DNA of 60,652 bases from a virus (Duplodnaviria; Caudoviricetes): positions 1 to 60,652 of IMG/VR virus record IMGVR_UViG_3300038679_000011; one strand, 5' to 3'. Below the pieces are notes generated by a model that was not told the DNA's origin, searched no databases, and saw only the letters and a list, made by a program, of their open reading frames with translations. This document shows, in pieces, positions 45,577-53,876 of the stretch; within the stretch, counting starts at the first letter, position 1; every line of letters begins with the position of its first letter. Position numbers and translations under genes: made by a program.

Positions 45577-46403
45577 GCGTGATACCGTTCCCTAAGTTTA
45601 AGTGAGGCTATGATCTCGTTGCGGTCGCATCGTATAGCGCCGTCGCCCATTGCTTGTTCGATTTTTCGTACTGACCCAACAAGTACTCGCATCATGCCTG
45701 GTTCAATCGACGTTGTTTGGTCTGAACCATACATCGTACGTTCAAGCGTAAAGTGTCTCTCGAGCGACGTGATGCCTAGAGCAGTTGCAGCGCACGAAAT
45801 AGCAATGCCAGTCTCGTGTCCGCTGTATCCAACGTCACACCGGTATCGCTCACGCAGCGACACAATGCGACGGAGATTTGCCTTCTCATCAGGCAATGGG
45901 TACATGCTAACGCAGTGCATCAGTTCAAACGGACATTTTGCTATACGAAAAACTTGTGTAGCTTCGTCGGTAATTCGCTCATCGCTCATGCCAGTTGAGA
46001 TAAACGTATATCGGCCTTCTGACGCGACAACTTTCAAGAACTCAAGGTCAACTAGCATTGGAGCAGCGACCTTGTTGTACTTGAGATTAAAATGCCTCAG
46101 GAACTCTTGACTCTCAACATCCCACGCAGATGCGAACCACTCGATGCCAACAGACTTGCAGTAAATGTCGATTGCAGAATACTCAGCAAGTCCAAACTCA
46201 AGGCCACGTTTCTGGTCGTATTGCGTGTGGCCCCACGGTGACTCTCTTGGTGTGTCAAGAAAAGCCTTTGAGTACACTTTTTCGATCGTCCGCTTTTGGA
46301 ATTTTACTGCATCACATCCGCAGTCTTTAGCAGCATCGATCATGCGTTTTGCAATAGCAACTTCGCCGTTGTGATTAATGCCAATTTCAGCTATGATAAA
46401 CAC
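45573..46403 (-). CDS. neuB: N-acetylneuraminate-synthase-family (nonulosonate synthase) protein
   Basis: IIAEIGINHNG, DAVKFQKR, ISTGM, HCVS.YP, GYSGHE and ERHFTL; AAGGAGG RBS before GTG 46403. Confidence 0.92.
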   Translation of the reverse strand: MFIIAEIGINHNGEVAIAKRMIDAAKDCGCDAVKFQKRTIEKVYSKAFLDTPRESPWGHTQYDQKRGLEFGLAEYSAIDIYCKSVGIEWFASAWDVESQEFLRHFNLKYNKVAAPMLVDLEFLKVVASEGRYTFISTGMSDERITDEATQVFRIAKCPFELMHCVSMYPLPDEKANLRRIVSLRERYRCDVGYSGHETGIAISCAATALGITSLERHFTLERTMYGSDQTTSIEPGMMRVLVGSVRKIEQAMGDGAIRCDRNEIIASLKLRERYHA

Positions 46404-46413
46404 TTTAGCCTCC

Positions 46414-47211
46414 TTATTTTGGTGTTGGAAGACCCCAGTACTCACATGTTGAACACAGTGGCACAACGTTTCGACGGCCTCGCTTGTGGGCCTCTATCCA
46501 AGCGCGACGACGAGTACAATTCCAAATGTCAGACAGCGATTGATGATTCGCATTTCCAATAACGCCTTTGTGGTACGGATCAAGCCGTACACAAATCGAT
46601 ACTTCGCCAGTGCGACATATTGACATACGATGCATCAAGTCAAGGCACACTCCAGTCTCAGGCACTGTTACTCGCTTTGACTGATAGTCAAAGCTGCCCA
46701 TCGGCGAGTGCAGTGCCCGTGTCGCGACTGGTATACCAAGATTCTTATACCGCAGCGAGTTGACTACGCCGTTAAGACGCACGACAACTAGTGGTTTACG
46801 GTCGCCCTTCTCCTTAAGAAAAAGTTTAAGCAAGTCGTACTGCTCATCTGCCTCGGGATCGTTTTCTATTACAGACACCGCTATCGAATCAACGATTTCA
46901 ATGATTTCAGCAGACTTAGCAAGTAACAACTTACCGTTAGTATCGAAGGTCGTAAAGCAATGGTTGAACATCAAAGCAGCTTCTTTGAAATATGGATGTA
47001 ACAGCGGCTCGCCGTTGTTATGTAGTTGCACTGTCACACCAGTTGGAATTTGTGAAGCGATGCGTTCGATGAGCTCAAAGTCCATGTCGCCCCACACTGC
47101 TAGTTCTGGATTTTCTGTTTCAATTTTACGACGTCCACAACACCAGCAGTTTTTGTTACACCGACTAGTTAATTCAACGTTTATGCTCGCTAATCCGTAA
47201 AGTCCACTCAT
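46414..47211 (-). CDS. Radical SAM/SPASM-Twitch protein
   Basis: CNKNCWCC, GEPLLHP, DTNG, C-terminal Cys cluster. Confidence 0.9.
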   Translation of the reverse strand: MSGLYGLASINVELTSRCNKNCWCCGRRKIETENPELAVWGDMDFELIERIASQIPTGVTVQLHNNGEPLLHPYFKEAALMFNHCFTTFDTNGKLLLAKSAEIIEIVDSIAVSVIENDPEADEQYDLLKLFLKEKGDRKPLVVVRLNGVVNSLRYKNLGIPVATRALHSPMGSFDYQSKRVTVPETGVCLDLMHRMSICRTGEVSICVRLDPYHKGVIGNANHQSLSDIWNCTRRRAWIEAHKRGRRNVVPLCSTCEYWGLPTPK

Positions 47212-47227
47212 TGCGTCGCCCTTTAGA

Positions 47228-47905
47228 TCATGTTTCTAATCGCGTATACAACTGCCACGTATGCACATTTACTTTCTTTCGCACGTCTTCAAAATCGTGG
47301 CCACACACAAGTTTTAGGCCAGTGTCTTCTACGCGTTTGACGAACGCATTTCGCAAACGGTTAGGACCTATTCCAACGTAACCACTGTGGTGGACATGCA
47401 AGCATACTTGTAGTGTAGTTACTCGTTGTAAGAAACTTAAATCAGAATTATACACAAGTGCACTGTACTCAGCGCCTTCTGCATTAACTCTAAGCAAGTC
47501 GATCTGGTCTAGTTTGTACTCATTGAAAAGCGTAGGAAACGACACACACTTTACGTCAAAGCAATTAGCATCAGTGTCAATTTCGTTTGCATCAGTTGTA
47601 GCACTTTGTGACACTACACTAGCATCAGCATACATCTTACACTGGCCATTAAATATATTGATTGCTCGTGCATCAATGGTAACGCGGCAATCATCACCCA
47701 GCAACTCAAATAACTTAATATGATTAGCAGGATGCGGTTCACACTCGTATAGACGCGTTCTTAATGGGTACATCAACGACATAATGTACTCGCCCCAGCT
47801 GCCATCGTACCCGCCAATATGAACAATGCAAAGTTCTTTTCGCTTCAACTCGTAATGCGTTCTCACTAAAAGAACTGCAGCTTCTTTGTCGTACGTGTTT
47901 TTCAC
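47228..47905 (-). CDS. FkbM-family methyltransferase
   Basis: HIGGYDG, CEP.P and IDLLRVNAEGAE motifs. Confidence 0.8.
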   Translation of the reverse strand: MKNTYDKEAAVLLVRTHYELKRKELCIVHIGGYDGSWGEYIMSLMYPLRTRLYECEPHPANHIKLFELLGDDCRVTIDARAINIFNGQCKMYADASVVSQSATTDANEIDTDANCFDVKCVSFPTLFNEYKLDQIDLLRVNAEGAEYSALVYNSDLSFLQRVTTLQVCLHVHHSGYVGIGPNRLRNAFVKRVEDTGLKLVCGHDFEDVRKKVNVHTWQLYTRLET

Positions 47906-48675
47906 GGTACTCCCTCTAGCCGCGATAAATTAACATGCGGAATTTTTGGGTAGAGCGTCGTGTCTGTAGACCCGACAAACATCAACTTTCCTTGAGCTCG
48001 CATCCAGCGCTCACTAAAGTCAACGATGAAATTCTGTATTTTGTATGTCGCGTACTTCGCATCAGGACTTTTGCCTTCGTGTGCCTTGTTTGTTAAATGG
48101 TGCACCGTGCCGTACTTTTGACTGCCGTCAGACCAAAAATAGTAGCTGTGATAAAAGTCCATTCCGTATAGTACAATGACATTGTAGCCCATTCGCCAGC
48201 CTAACTCAAGCAACATTGTTACACTAGCATCATACGACTTTGTAAGTACAAACGATTTTGAAGGCTTGTAGTTTGCATCAATCGGGCCTTTACGCTGTGT
48301 ATCACGAGCCTTAATTTCAACGTCGTATATTTCTGCACTGGGCGGAACAAGAGCGTCAACTCGATGAAACGAGTTATCAGAGAATTTGACAGTCTTGTTT
48401 TTAAGAAACATGAACTTGCACTTGCAGTACTCTCGCCACTTTTCAGCCAAACGCCGTTGCACAATTTTATAGTCATAGTGCTTAACTTCAATAAAGTAGA
48501 AAGTTGGAACAAAGAATGGATGGTATACCCAATTATTGATAGCTAATGTATCGCATTTTTTGAGCAGTGCCCACTCGTTTTCGCTTATAGCATTAATAGA
48601 ACGAGCACTTCCAAGCATCACAAGAACGTTGGAACGGCGACACTTCACAATGTCTTGCAGCGGGCGTCTTGACAT
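47902..48675 (-). CDS. CstII/GT42- or Maf-like nonulosonate transferase candidate
   Basis: MLGSARSIN...AINNW...MGYNVIVLYGMDFY parallels the CstII G.G.S...N.F...GY..I.L.G.DFY pattern. Confidence 0.55.
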   Translation of the reverse strand: MSRRPLQDIVKCRRSNVLVMLGSARSINAISENEWALLKKCDTLAINNWVYHPFFVPTFYFIEVKHYDYKIVQRRLAEKWREYCKCKFMFLKNKTVKFSDNSFHRVDALVPPSAEIYDVEIKARDTQRKGPIDANYKPSKSFVLTKSYDASVTMLLELGWRMGYNVIVLYGMDFYHSYYFWSDGSQKYGTVHHLTNKAHEGKSPDAKYATYKIQNFIVDFSERWMRAQGKLMFVGSTDTTLYPKIPHVNLSRLEGVP

Positions 48676-49451
48676 TATGACCTCTTTTCAAGTACCGGCG
48701 TATTCGACGAATTGATGCCTTCACGATACCGTTGTTCAACTACATTGATGATGTACTGTTTAACAACAGCGGCCCGTGATTTCTTGTATGCAGATTGACA
48801 CATGCGTCCAAGATGCACTCGATAAATAGCAACATCAAAATCAATGTACTCTGGCAATACTCCAAATCGAATTGCACGACGCCACATCTCGTTGTCACTC
48901 GAAAACCGTAAACTTTCATCGTACAGTCCAAGGCGCTCATGAAACTCGCGTTTAACCATGACTGTTTGTGCGTGCACTAACCGATGGTGATACGTTTTTG
49001 TAAGATCGACACCTTGTGCTTCTAATTCGTGACGTCTCTGTTCATTTATTTTACGATACCGCGTATTTGGTTTGTCACTACAACTTTCATCGATACATAA
49101 CGCTTCGCCGTGCACCCACAATTTGTTGCTGTTACGAAGCACGTTAAATCGAACAGCAAGTGAGTCATCTGTGAGCATGTCGTCTGCGTCAATCATTGCG
49201 ATGAAATTAGCTTTTGCGGCACAAATGCCCACGTTCTTGGCGTAGCTGTAGCCATGATTTGTAGTGAGGCGTATGAAGTCAAGCTGACTTATTCGTGTGT
49301 TGCAAACAGCAGACTGCGGATCGTCTTTACTTGCGTCATCGACTACGACCCACTGGACCTTGAGGCTTTGTCGTTCAATCGATTTAGCAAGCTCTGGCAA
49401 ATACCTAGCATAATTGAATGCTGTAGTTACTACTGTTACGTCTGGTTGCAT
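48675..49451 (-). CDS. GT2 glycosyltransferase
   Basis: VVTTAFN, VVDDASKD, IDADD and DNEMW motifs. Confidence 0.92.
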   Translation of the reverse strand: MQPDVTVVTTAFNYARYLPELAKSIERQSLKVQWVVVDDASKDDPQSAVCNTRISQLDFIRLTTNHGYSYAKNVGICAAKANFIAMIDADDMLTDDSLAVRFNVLRNSNKLWVHGEALCIDESCSDKPNTRYRKINEQRRHELEAQGVDLTKTYHHRLVHAQTVMVKREFHERLGLYDESLRFSSDNEMWRRAIRFGVLPEYIDFDVAIYRVHLGRMCQSAYKKSRAAVVKQYIINVVEQRYREGINSSNTPVLEKRS

Positions 49452-50413
49452 AGCCTTACCATAAGATTTAAGTACGCGTCAGCAGAGCGCTTGATTGACA
49501 GCGCTGCACGGTCCACAAGCGCGAGTTTGTAGAAGCACCTCGCGATCGCAGCAGCGACGACGCCTCGGTCGATGCGGGGCGGCCGATACAAGTCCACAGG
49601 GTTGCAAGTGTACGTCGCATCGACACCGCACACTAGCCAGTCAGCGTCTTCAGGACAGGCTAGACGCACTAGCTCGTGGGTGCCGCCTACGTTGTTCGTG
49701 ACCACGGGCACACCCGCGCACAGCGCTTCGACCACGCTGTTCGGGCACGCATCGAACCAGCACAAGTGGATGCTGCACACCGCTGCTTTGAGGTACCCAG
49801 CGAGCGTCGCTTGATCGACCCGTCCGCAGAATACGACGCGGCCCGTCTCTGCGTACTGAGCGCAGTCAGTGACGCTCAAGCCTGACTCTACACAGTCACC
49901 AAACACGAGCAGATCGGCATCAAGACCCGCTAGCAAGAACGACTCGACGGCGTCTCTCAGCCGCTTGTGTGGGCGCCACTTTGCCACTGCGACGGCATAC
50001 GGTCGCGGCCGCACCACGCTAGGCGGCCCGTCGTACAGTGAGGCCACGGTGCCGTTGTAGATGACCCCGCACGGCTTGTCGTGATCCCCGAGGTATGCCT
50101 TTGCCATGCCTTTAGCAAAATACGACTGGTACACTACGGCGTCACACTTGCTGATCGCGTCAATGATTGGCCGGTTCTTCTTGGCGTAGTCTTTGCCAGT
50201 ATCGTGCCAAACGCCGTCGATACGAAGAAGCTTAGTGCGAGCGTTCGCATTTTGGATGTGCGCTACATTAAGAGCTACGTCTGTCTGCTGTGACGCGTCA
50301 CTCGTGACATTGATACCACAAACTCGTAGCTCTTGAGCAAGTCGACAGCAAAACAAACTTTTGCCGCTAAGTAAATTCGGATCATGATCTGCTGTTTCAA
50401 TCCACACTTTCAT
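49436..50413 (-). CDS. GT4 glycosyltransferase
   Basis: IYNG, PHKRL and DACPNSVVEALCAGVPVV motifs. Confidence 0.92.
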   Translation of the reverse strand: MKVWIETADHDPNLLSGKSLFCCRLAQELRVCGINVTSDASQQTDVALNVAHIQNANARTKLLRIDGVWHDTGKDYAKKNRPIIDAISKCDAVVYQSYFAKGMAKAYLGDHDKPCGVIYNGTVASLYDGPPSVVRPRPYAVAVAKWRPHKRLRDAVESFLLAGLDADLLVFGDCVESGLSVTDCAQYAETGRVVFCGRVDQATLAGYLKAAVCSIHLCWFDACPNSVVEALCAGVPVVTNNVGGTHELVRLACPEDADWLVCGVDATYTCNPVDLYRPPRIDRGVVAAAIARCFYKLALVDRAALSIKRSADAYLNLMVRLCNQT

Positions 50414-50420
50414 AGTTGCC

Positions 50421-51020
50421 TCAGTTGCTAAGGCTTGTGTTTATGGCTTGCTTAAATCGGCGAGATGCTTGATAGTGCACAATTACATCGCCTTCTACAT
50501 CTTTCATGTGGTCGAATATCTTACAGTAAGATGGCGGCAATTTAACGAACTTCAATTGGAATTCGTTTATTGCTAACAAGTGTTGTATTGCATCACCTGG
50601 CCTAGATAGCGGCTTGTCTTTGCGAATCGTGCGTTCCCACTGTCGCACGAACTCGATGACCTCGGGACAGTTTCTAAAGTACAGCGTGCCGCCCATCAAC
50701 TCATTTTGTCGCCAGCGAAAAGAATGCACGACCGCGGCGATGTCTGCGTCGAACCCGTCTTGCTCAAAAACTGTCGGCCGTTCAAAGAACACTGCATCTG
50801 CATCAACTCGTAAAATGTCGCGACCTGGATTGTCCTCAAGTGCTCGCAGAACATTTGATGCAACAAAGTTACTATTCGCTCGCCACGATCCGAGGTTTGC
50901 TGTTGCAGTAATTGCGTAGTTGAGTTTGAAAGTATTTAGACTATTGATAAGATTTTGTACTTCAGCTTGATACCCAGTATTCACAGTGTAGTGACTAACG
51001 ATAAGTGGCGCTGTCTTCAC
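50421..51020 (-). CDS. GT-A nucleotide-diphospho-sugar transferase
   Basis: SHYT..TGY, VDADA DxD motif, IVHYQASR; GTG 51020 after AAGGA. Confidence 0.75.
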   Translation of the reverse strand: MKTAPLIVSHYTVNTGYQAEVQNLINSLNTFKLNYAITATANLGSWRANSNFVASNVLRALEDNPGRDILRVDADAVFFERPTVFEQDGFDADIAAVVHSFRWRQNELMGGTLYFRNCPEVIEFVRQWERTIRKDKPLSRPGDAIQHLLAINEFQLKFVKLPPSYCKIFDHMKDVEGDVIVHYQASRRFKQAINTSLSN

Positions 51021-51030
51021 AAAAGATTCC

Positions 51031-51483
51031 TTATGACTGGGGCCAGGTAAGTTCGATTTGGAACGAGTACGGCTGGCCTTGTGTAAGTGCAAATCCAGTG
51101 CCGCTGTTGACAAGACCTGAGCACAGTAATTTACCAGCGTTGTTTGAAGTTGTTGCTAAGAACCACGTTTTAGCATTGCTCCATACAACACCTGACGCAT
51201 CCTCTGCTGTAAATGTGATTGTTGCTGACGTGATCTTACGATCATTTGATCCCGTTGATTCAGAAGTCCATTTAAGAGCAGAAGATTCAAGCGCTTGCCG
51301 TACGTACCCTAAATCAGCACCAGACAAAATACCAAGTTCGTTAATGTCTGTCAACGACGCGTTCTCTGCAAGATCAGCATCTGTGCATAGTCCAACATAA
51401 AAGGACGCAGGCACTACTTGCTCTTCACTAAAGAGCACTTCAAATGCCCACTGTCGGCCTTCTGTATGAAACTTAAATGCCAT
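51031..51483 (-). CDS. Small tail/virion structural protein
   Basis: FYVGL...GYVRQA...ITFTA pattern, similar in type to 56331..56720. Confidence 0.55.
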   Translation of the reverse strand: MAFKFHTEGRQWAFEVLFSEEQVVPASFYVGLCTDADLAENASLTDINELGILSGADLGYVRQALESSALKWTSESTGSNDRKITSATITFTAEDASGVVWSNAKTWFLATTSNNAGKLLCSGLVNSGTGFALTQGQPYSFQIELTWPQS

Positions 51484-53054
51484 TATCCCACGCTTTCATT
51501 TAAGGTTGCAATCACAACTTCTTCAAATTCAACGCTATTGACTTCGTAGTCAGTGCCTTCAGTTGCAGTTGGCACTGACCAATTTGATGTCGGCATTGAA
51601 CCAAGAGTTACTGTTGGTGTGCCAAACACGTCCTCTGCAACATCAATATGAATTGTACCGTTTTCAAGAGTACCGCGACCGATGTTGATAGCTCGCACTG
51701 TCATAGTAAGCAGTCCAGCTGCAGCAAGTTTTGGGTGACTGATTTTAAATACGTCGCCTCTATTAATGGCATGCATTGTGCGCTTAGCAACTAGTGTCAT
51801 TGCAGCGGGCATCCGTGATACTGCGTACTGCTCTCTTGCAGCTAAGAACGATGCAACATCCGAGTCAACAATCGGCAAGTAGTCAAGTTCTTGAACAGTT
51901 GGAATTGTGTTTTGTGTAGCACCAATTGCAGCATCTTTATCGTATGCCGGAGCTCGTTTTGCAGAGTCACGATCAGTATACCATACAATAGTTTGTGCTG
52001 GCACACTGTTCATTGCTGGGCGCATGAAAAATTCGATGTCAAAATCGTCTTCAGTGTATGTGCTTAAGTCGCCTTCAACATAGTCATCACGAATGAGTTT
52101 AATTTTGTATAGCCCAGTAGCATGATCCCAATATAACACTCCACTCATGATGCGCTCAAGTAGAACTAAGAAATCTTTCACTGCGCCACGGTGAGGTACA
52201 TACCGATATGAGATTCCCAGTTCTTCGGTATAACATACGTCAGCTGCATCTTCAAAGGACGTTGCATCAATTAAATCAGTGCTAATTCCAAGGCCAGCGA
52301 TGTCACTTGTGAGTAGCTCTCGGATAACATGCACGACGTTCAAATCAAAGTTATTAGACATTCTAGCTTTGCCTAAGTACCATTGTGCTCCACCTGCATG
52401 CAAGTACCCAGTTCGTCGTACAACAAACTGTATCATAGGCAACTGTGGTGATTTGCCCCAGTACCATTTACGAAAAACCAGTGTCAAGATACCACGAAAA
52501 GCCGGGATACTTGGACTGATTTTACTTACAAGATAATCGTTTACAGGCTGGTCTACTTCTCCATACAAAATATCAACATCACCGCCAACGCCACCACCCT
52601 TTTTGCGTCCGCCCCATAAATCATGCCCAGCAATCCAGCCAGTACTTGTTTGGTAATCATCTGCATAATGAGACTTGTCATTTAGCCTGGGCCAGATTGG
52701 GAATTCTTCGGCCCATAGTTGTAGCACGCCGTCGACATTGCCATGACATATGCCCATATGAACGCCGAGGTAATACGCATACCCAATCGTAACGTCATTT
52801 ACCCGAATTTTATGCGCATATAAATCACCATACCATAGAACCATACAGCCTTTAAATCGTGGCGGTGTGCCAAAGATCATTGGATACGGCGTACCAAGCT
52901 CGCATGTAGGTAACTCAAGTTGGTCAAGTGTTGCAGCATCAGGATCGTCTGGCTTTTCTCGAAGTAAATACCCAATGCCAGTTGTGATCGCAATGATGAT
53001 AATGTACCAAATGATCTGGCCGATAGTTGGTAAAAATGCTAAGATGTCGATCAT
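51483..53054 (-). CDS. Tail tip/central tail protein (Phage-tail_3-like)
   Basis: G.PYPMIFGT, VLWYGD, IPAFRG and IKLIRDDY motifs. Confidence 0.8.
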   Translation of the reverse strand: MIDILAFLPTIGQIIWYIIIIAITTGIGYLLREKPDDPDAATLDQLELPTCELGTPYPMIFGTPPRFKGCMVLWYGDLYAHKIRVNDVTIGYAYYLGVHMGICHGNVDGVLQLWAEEFPIWPRLNDKSHYADDYQTSTGWIAGHDLWGGRKKGGGVGGDVDILYGEVDQPVNDYLVSKISPSIPAFRGILTLVFRKWYWGKSPQLPMIQFVVRRTGYLHAGGAQWYLGKARMSNNFDLNVVHVIRELLTSDIAGLGISTDLIDATSFEDAADVCYTEELGISYRYVPHRGAVKDFLVLLERIMSGVLYWDHATGLYKIKLIRDDYVEGDLSTYTEDDFDIEFFMRPAMNSVPAQTIVWYTDRDSAKRAPAYDKDAAIGATQNTIPTVQELDYLPIVDSDVASFLAAREQYAVSRMPAAMTLVAKRTMHAINRGDVFKISHPKLAAAGLLTMTVRAINIGRGTLENGTIHIDVAEDVFGTPTVTLGSMPTSNWSVPTATEGTDYEVNSVEFEEVVIATLNESVG

Positions 53055-53875
53055 GCGATAGTCCTTTGCGTAAAGGGCTCATTCGACGGAATCCATGGCT
53101 GGCCACGAAAATTTAATCCATTGTTGAACTTGCTAACGCACATATCAAAAGTCAAGTCACACCCAACTCTTGCTACAAAGCTAGCACCAACAGTAGCGCT
53201 AGGGAACGTTCCAATAACAGTCACTGTAGATGTACCAGTATCTTGAGAAATAATGCGCCTTGTAGTATTTCCAATTTTAAGCCAACCTGCAACAAGCCAA
53301 AACATGTCAAGAGCTGCAAACTGCGTTGCTTCTATTACTGAACCGTTAATACTAACAACAGTACCTGTGATTTCGTAGTTCGCGCCAGATGCATCTGGAT
53401 CGACGCCGCATATAGTTGAAAACAAAGTTGTACAACAGTTGCGTTGAAACCGCATGTATGATACGCTGTTCTCAAAGTCATCGGTAGGTGGACCCATCGA
53501 AACAACAGCTTCGTGTGATGACGAAATCGGAACAATGCGCTTAAGACGGCCTTGCCAATACATCGTAAAGTCACTGTCGTGCCCACGATACAGTGTGTAT
53601 TCTACAACGCCATCAGGCGGGCTTAAAATAAACTGGGACGTAAAAGGGCAGTCAATTGGAAGTGTAACTTCAAGCTCGTCTTTAAGTGGCTCATCTGCTT
53701 GTTCAAAGTCTGAACGGCGTAAACCAGGCTGCGACCTAAACGTATTGCCATCATACGTCTCATTACTTTCGCTAGCAGTATAGCGCCAATAAACTGAAGT
53801 ACCAGCAAGATGCCATTCATGCAGTTCAATTAGCATCCCATCTTGTACAGAGATTTCATCTGCACTATAGCCCAT
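53051..53875 (-). CDS. BR0599/DUF2163-family tail hub protein
   Basis: GCDLTFDMCVSKFNNGLNFRGQPWIP C-terminal Cys motif. Confidence 0.85.
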   Translation of the reverse strand: MGYSADEISVQDGMLIELHEWHLAGTSVYWRYTASESNETYDGNTFRSQPGLRRSDFEQADEPLKDELEVTLPIDCPFTSQFILSPPDGVVEYTLYRGHDSDFTMYWQGRLKRIVPISSSHEAVVSMGPPTDDFENSVSYMRFQRNCCTTLFSTICGVDPDASGANYEITGTVVSINGSVIEATQFAALDMFWLVAGWLKIGNTTRRIISQDTGTSTVTVIGTFPSATVGASFVARVGCDLTFDMCVSKFNNGLNFRGQPWIPSNEPFTQRTIA

Positions 53876-53876
53876 G

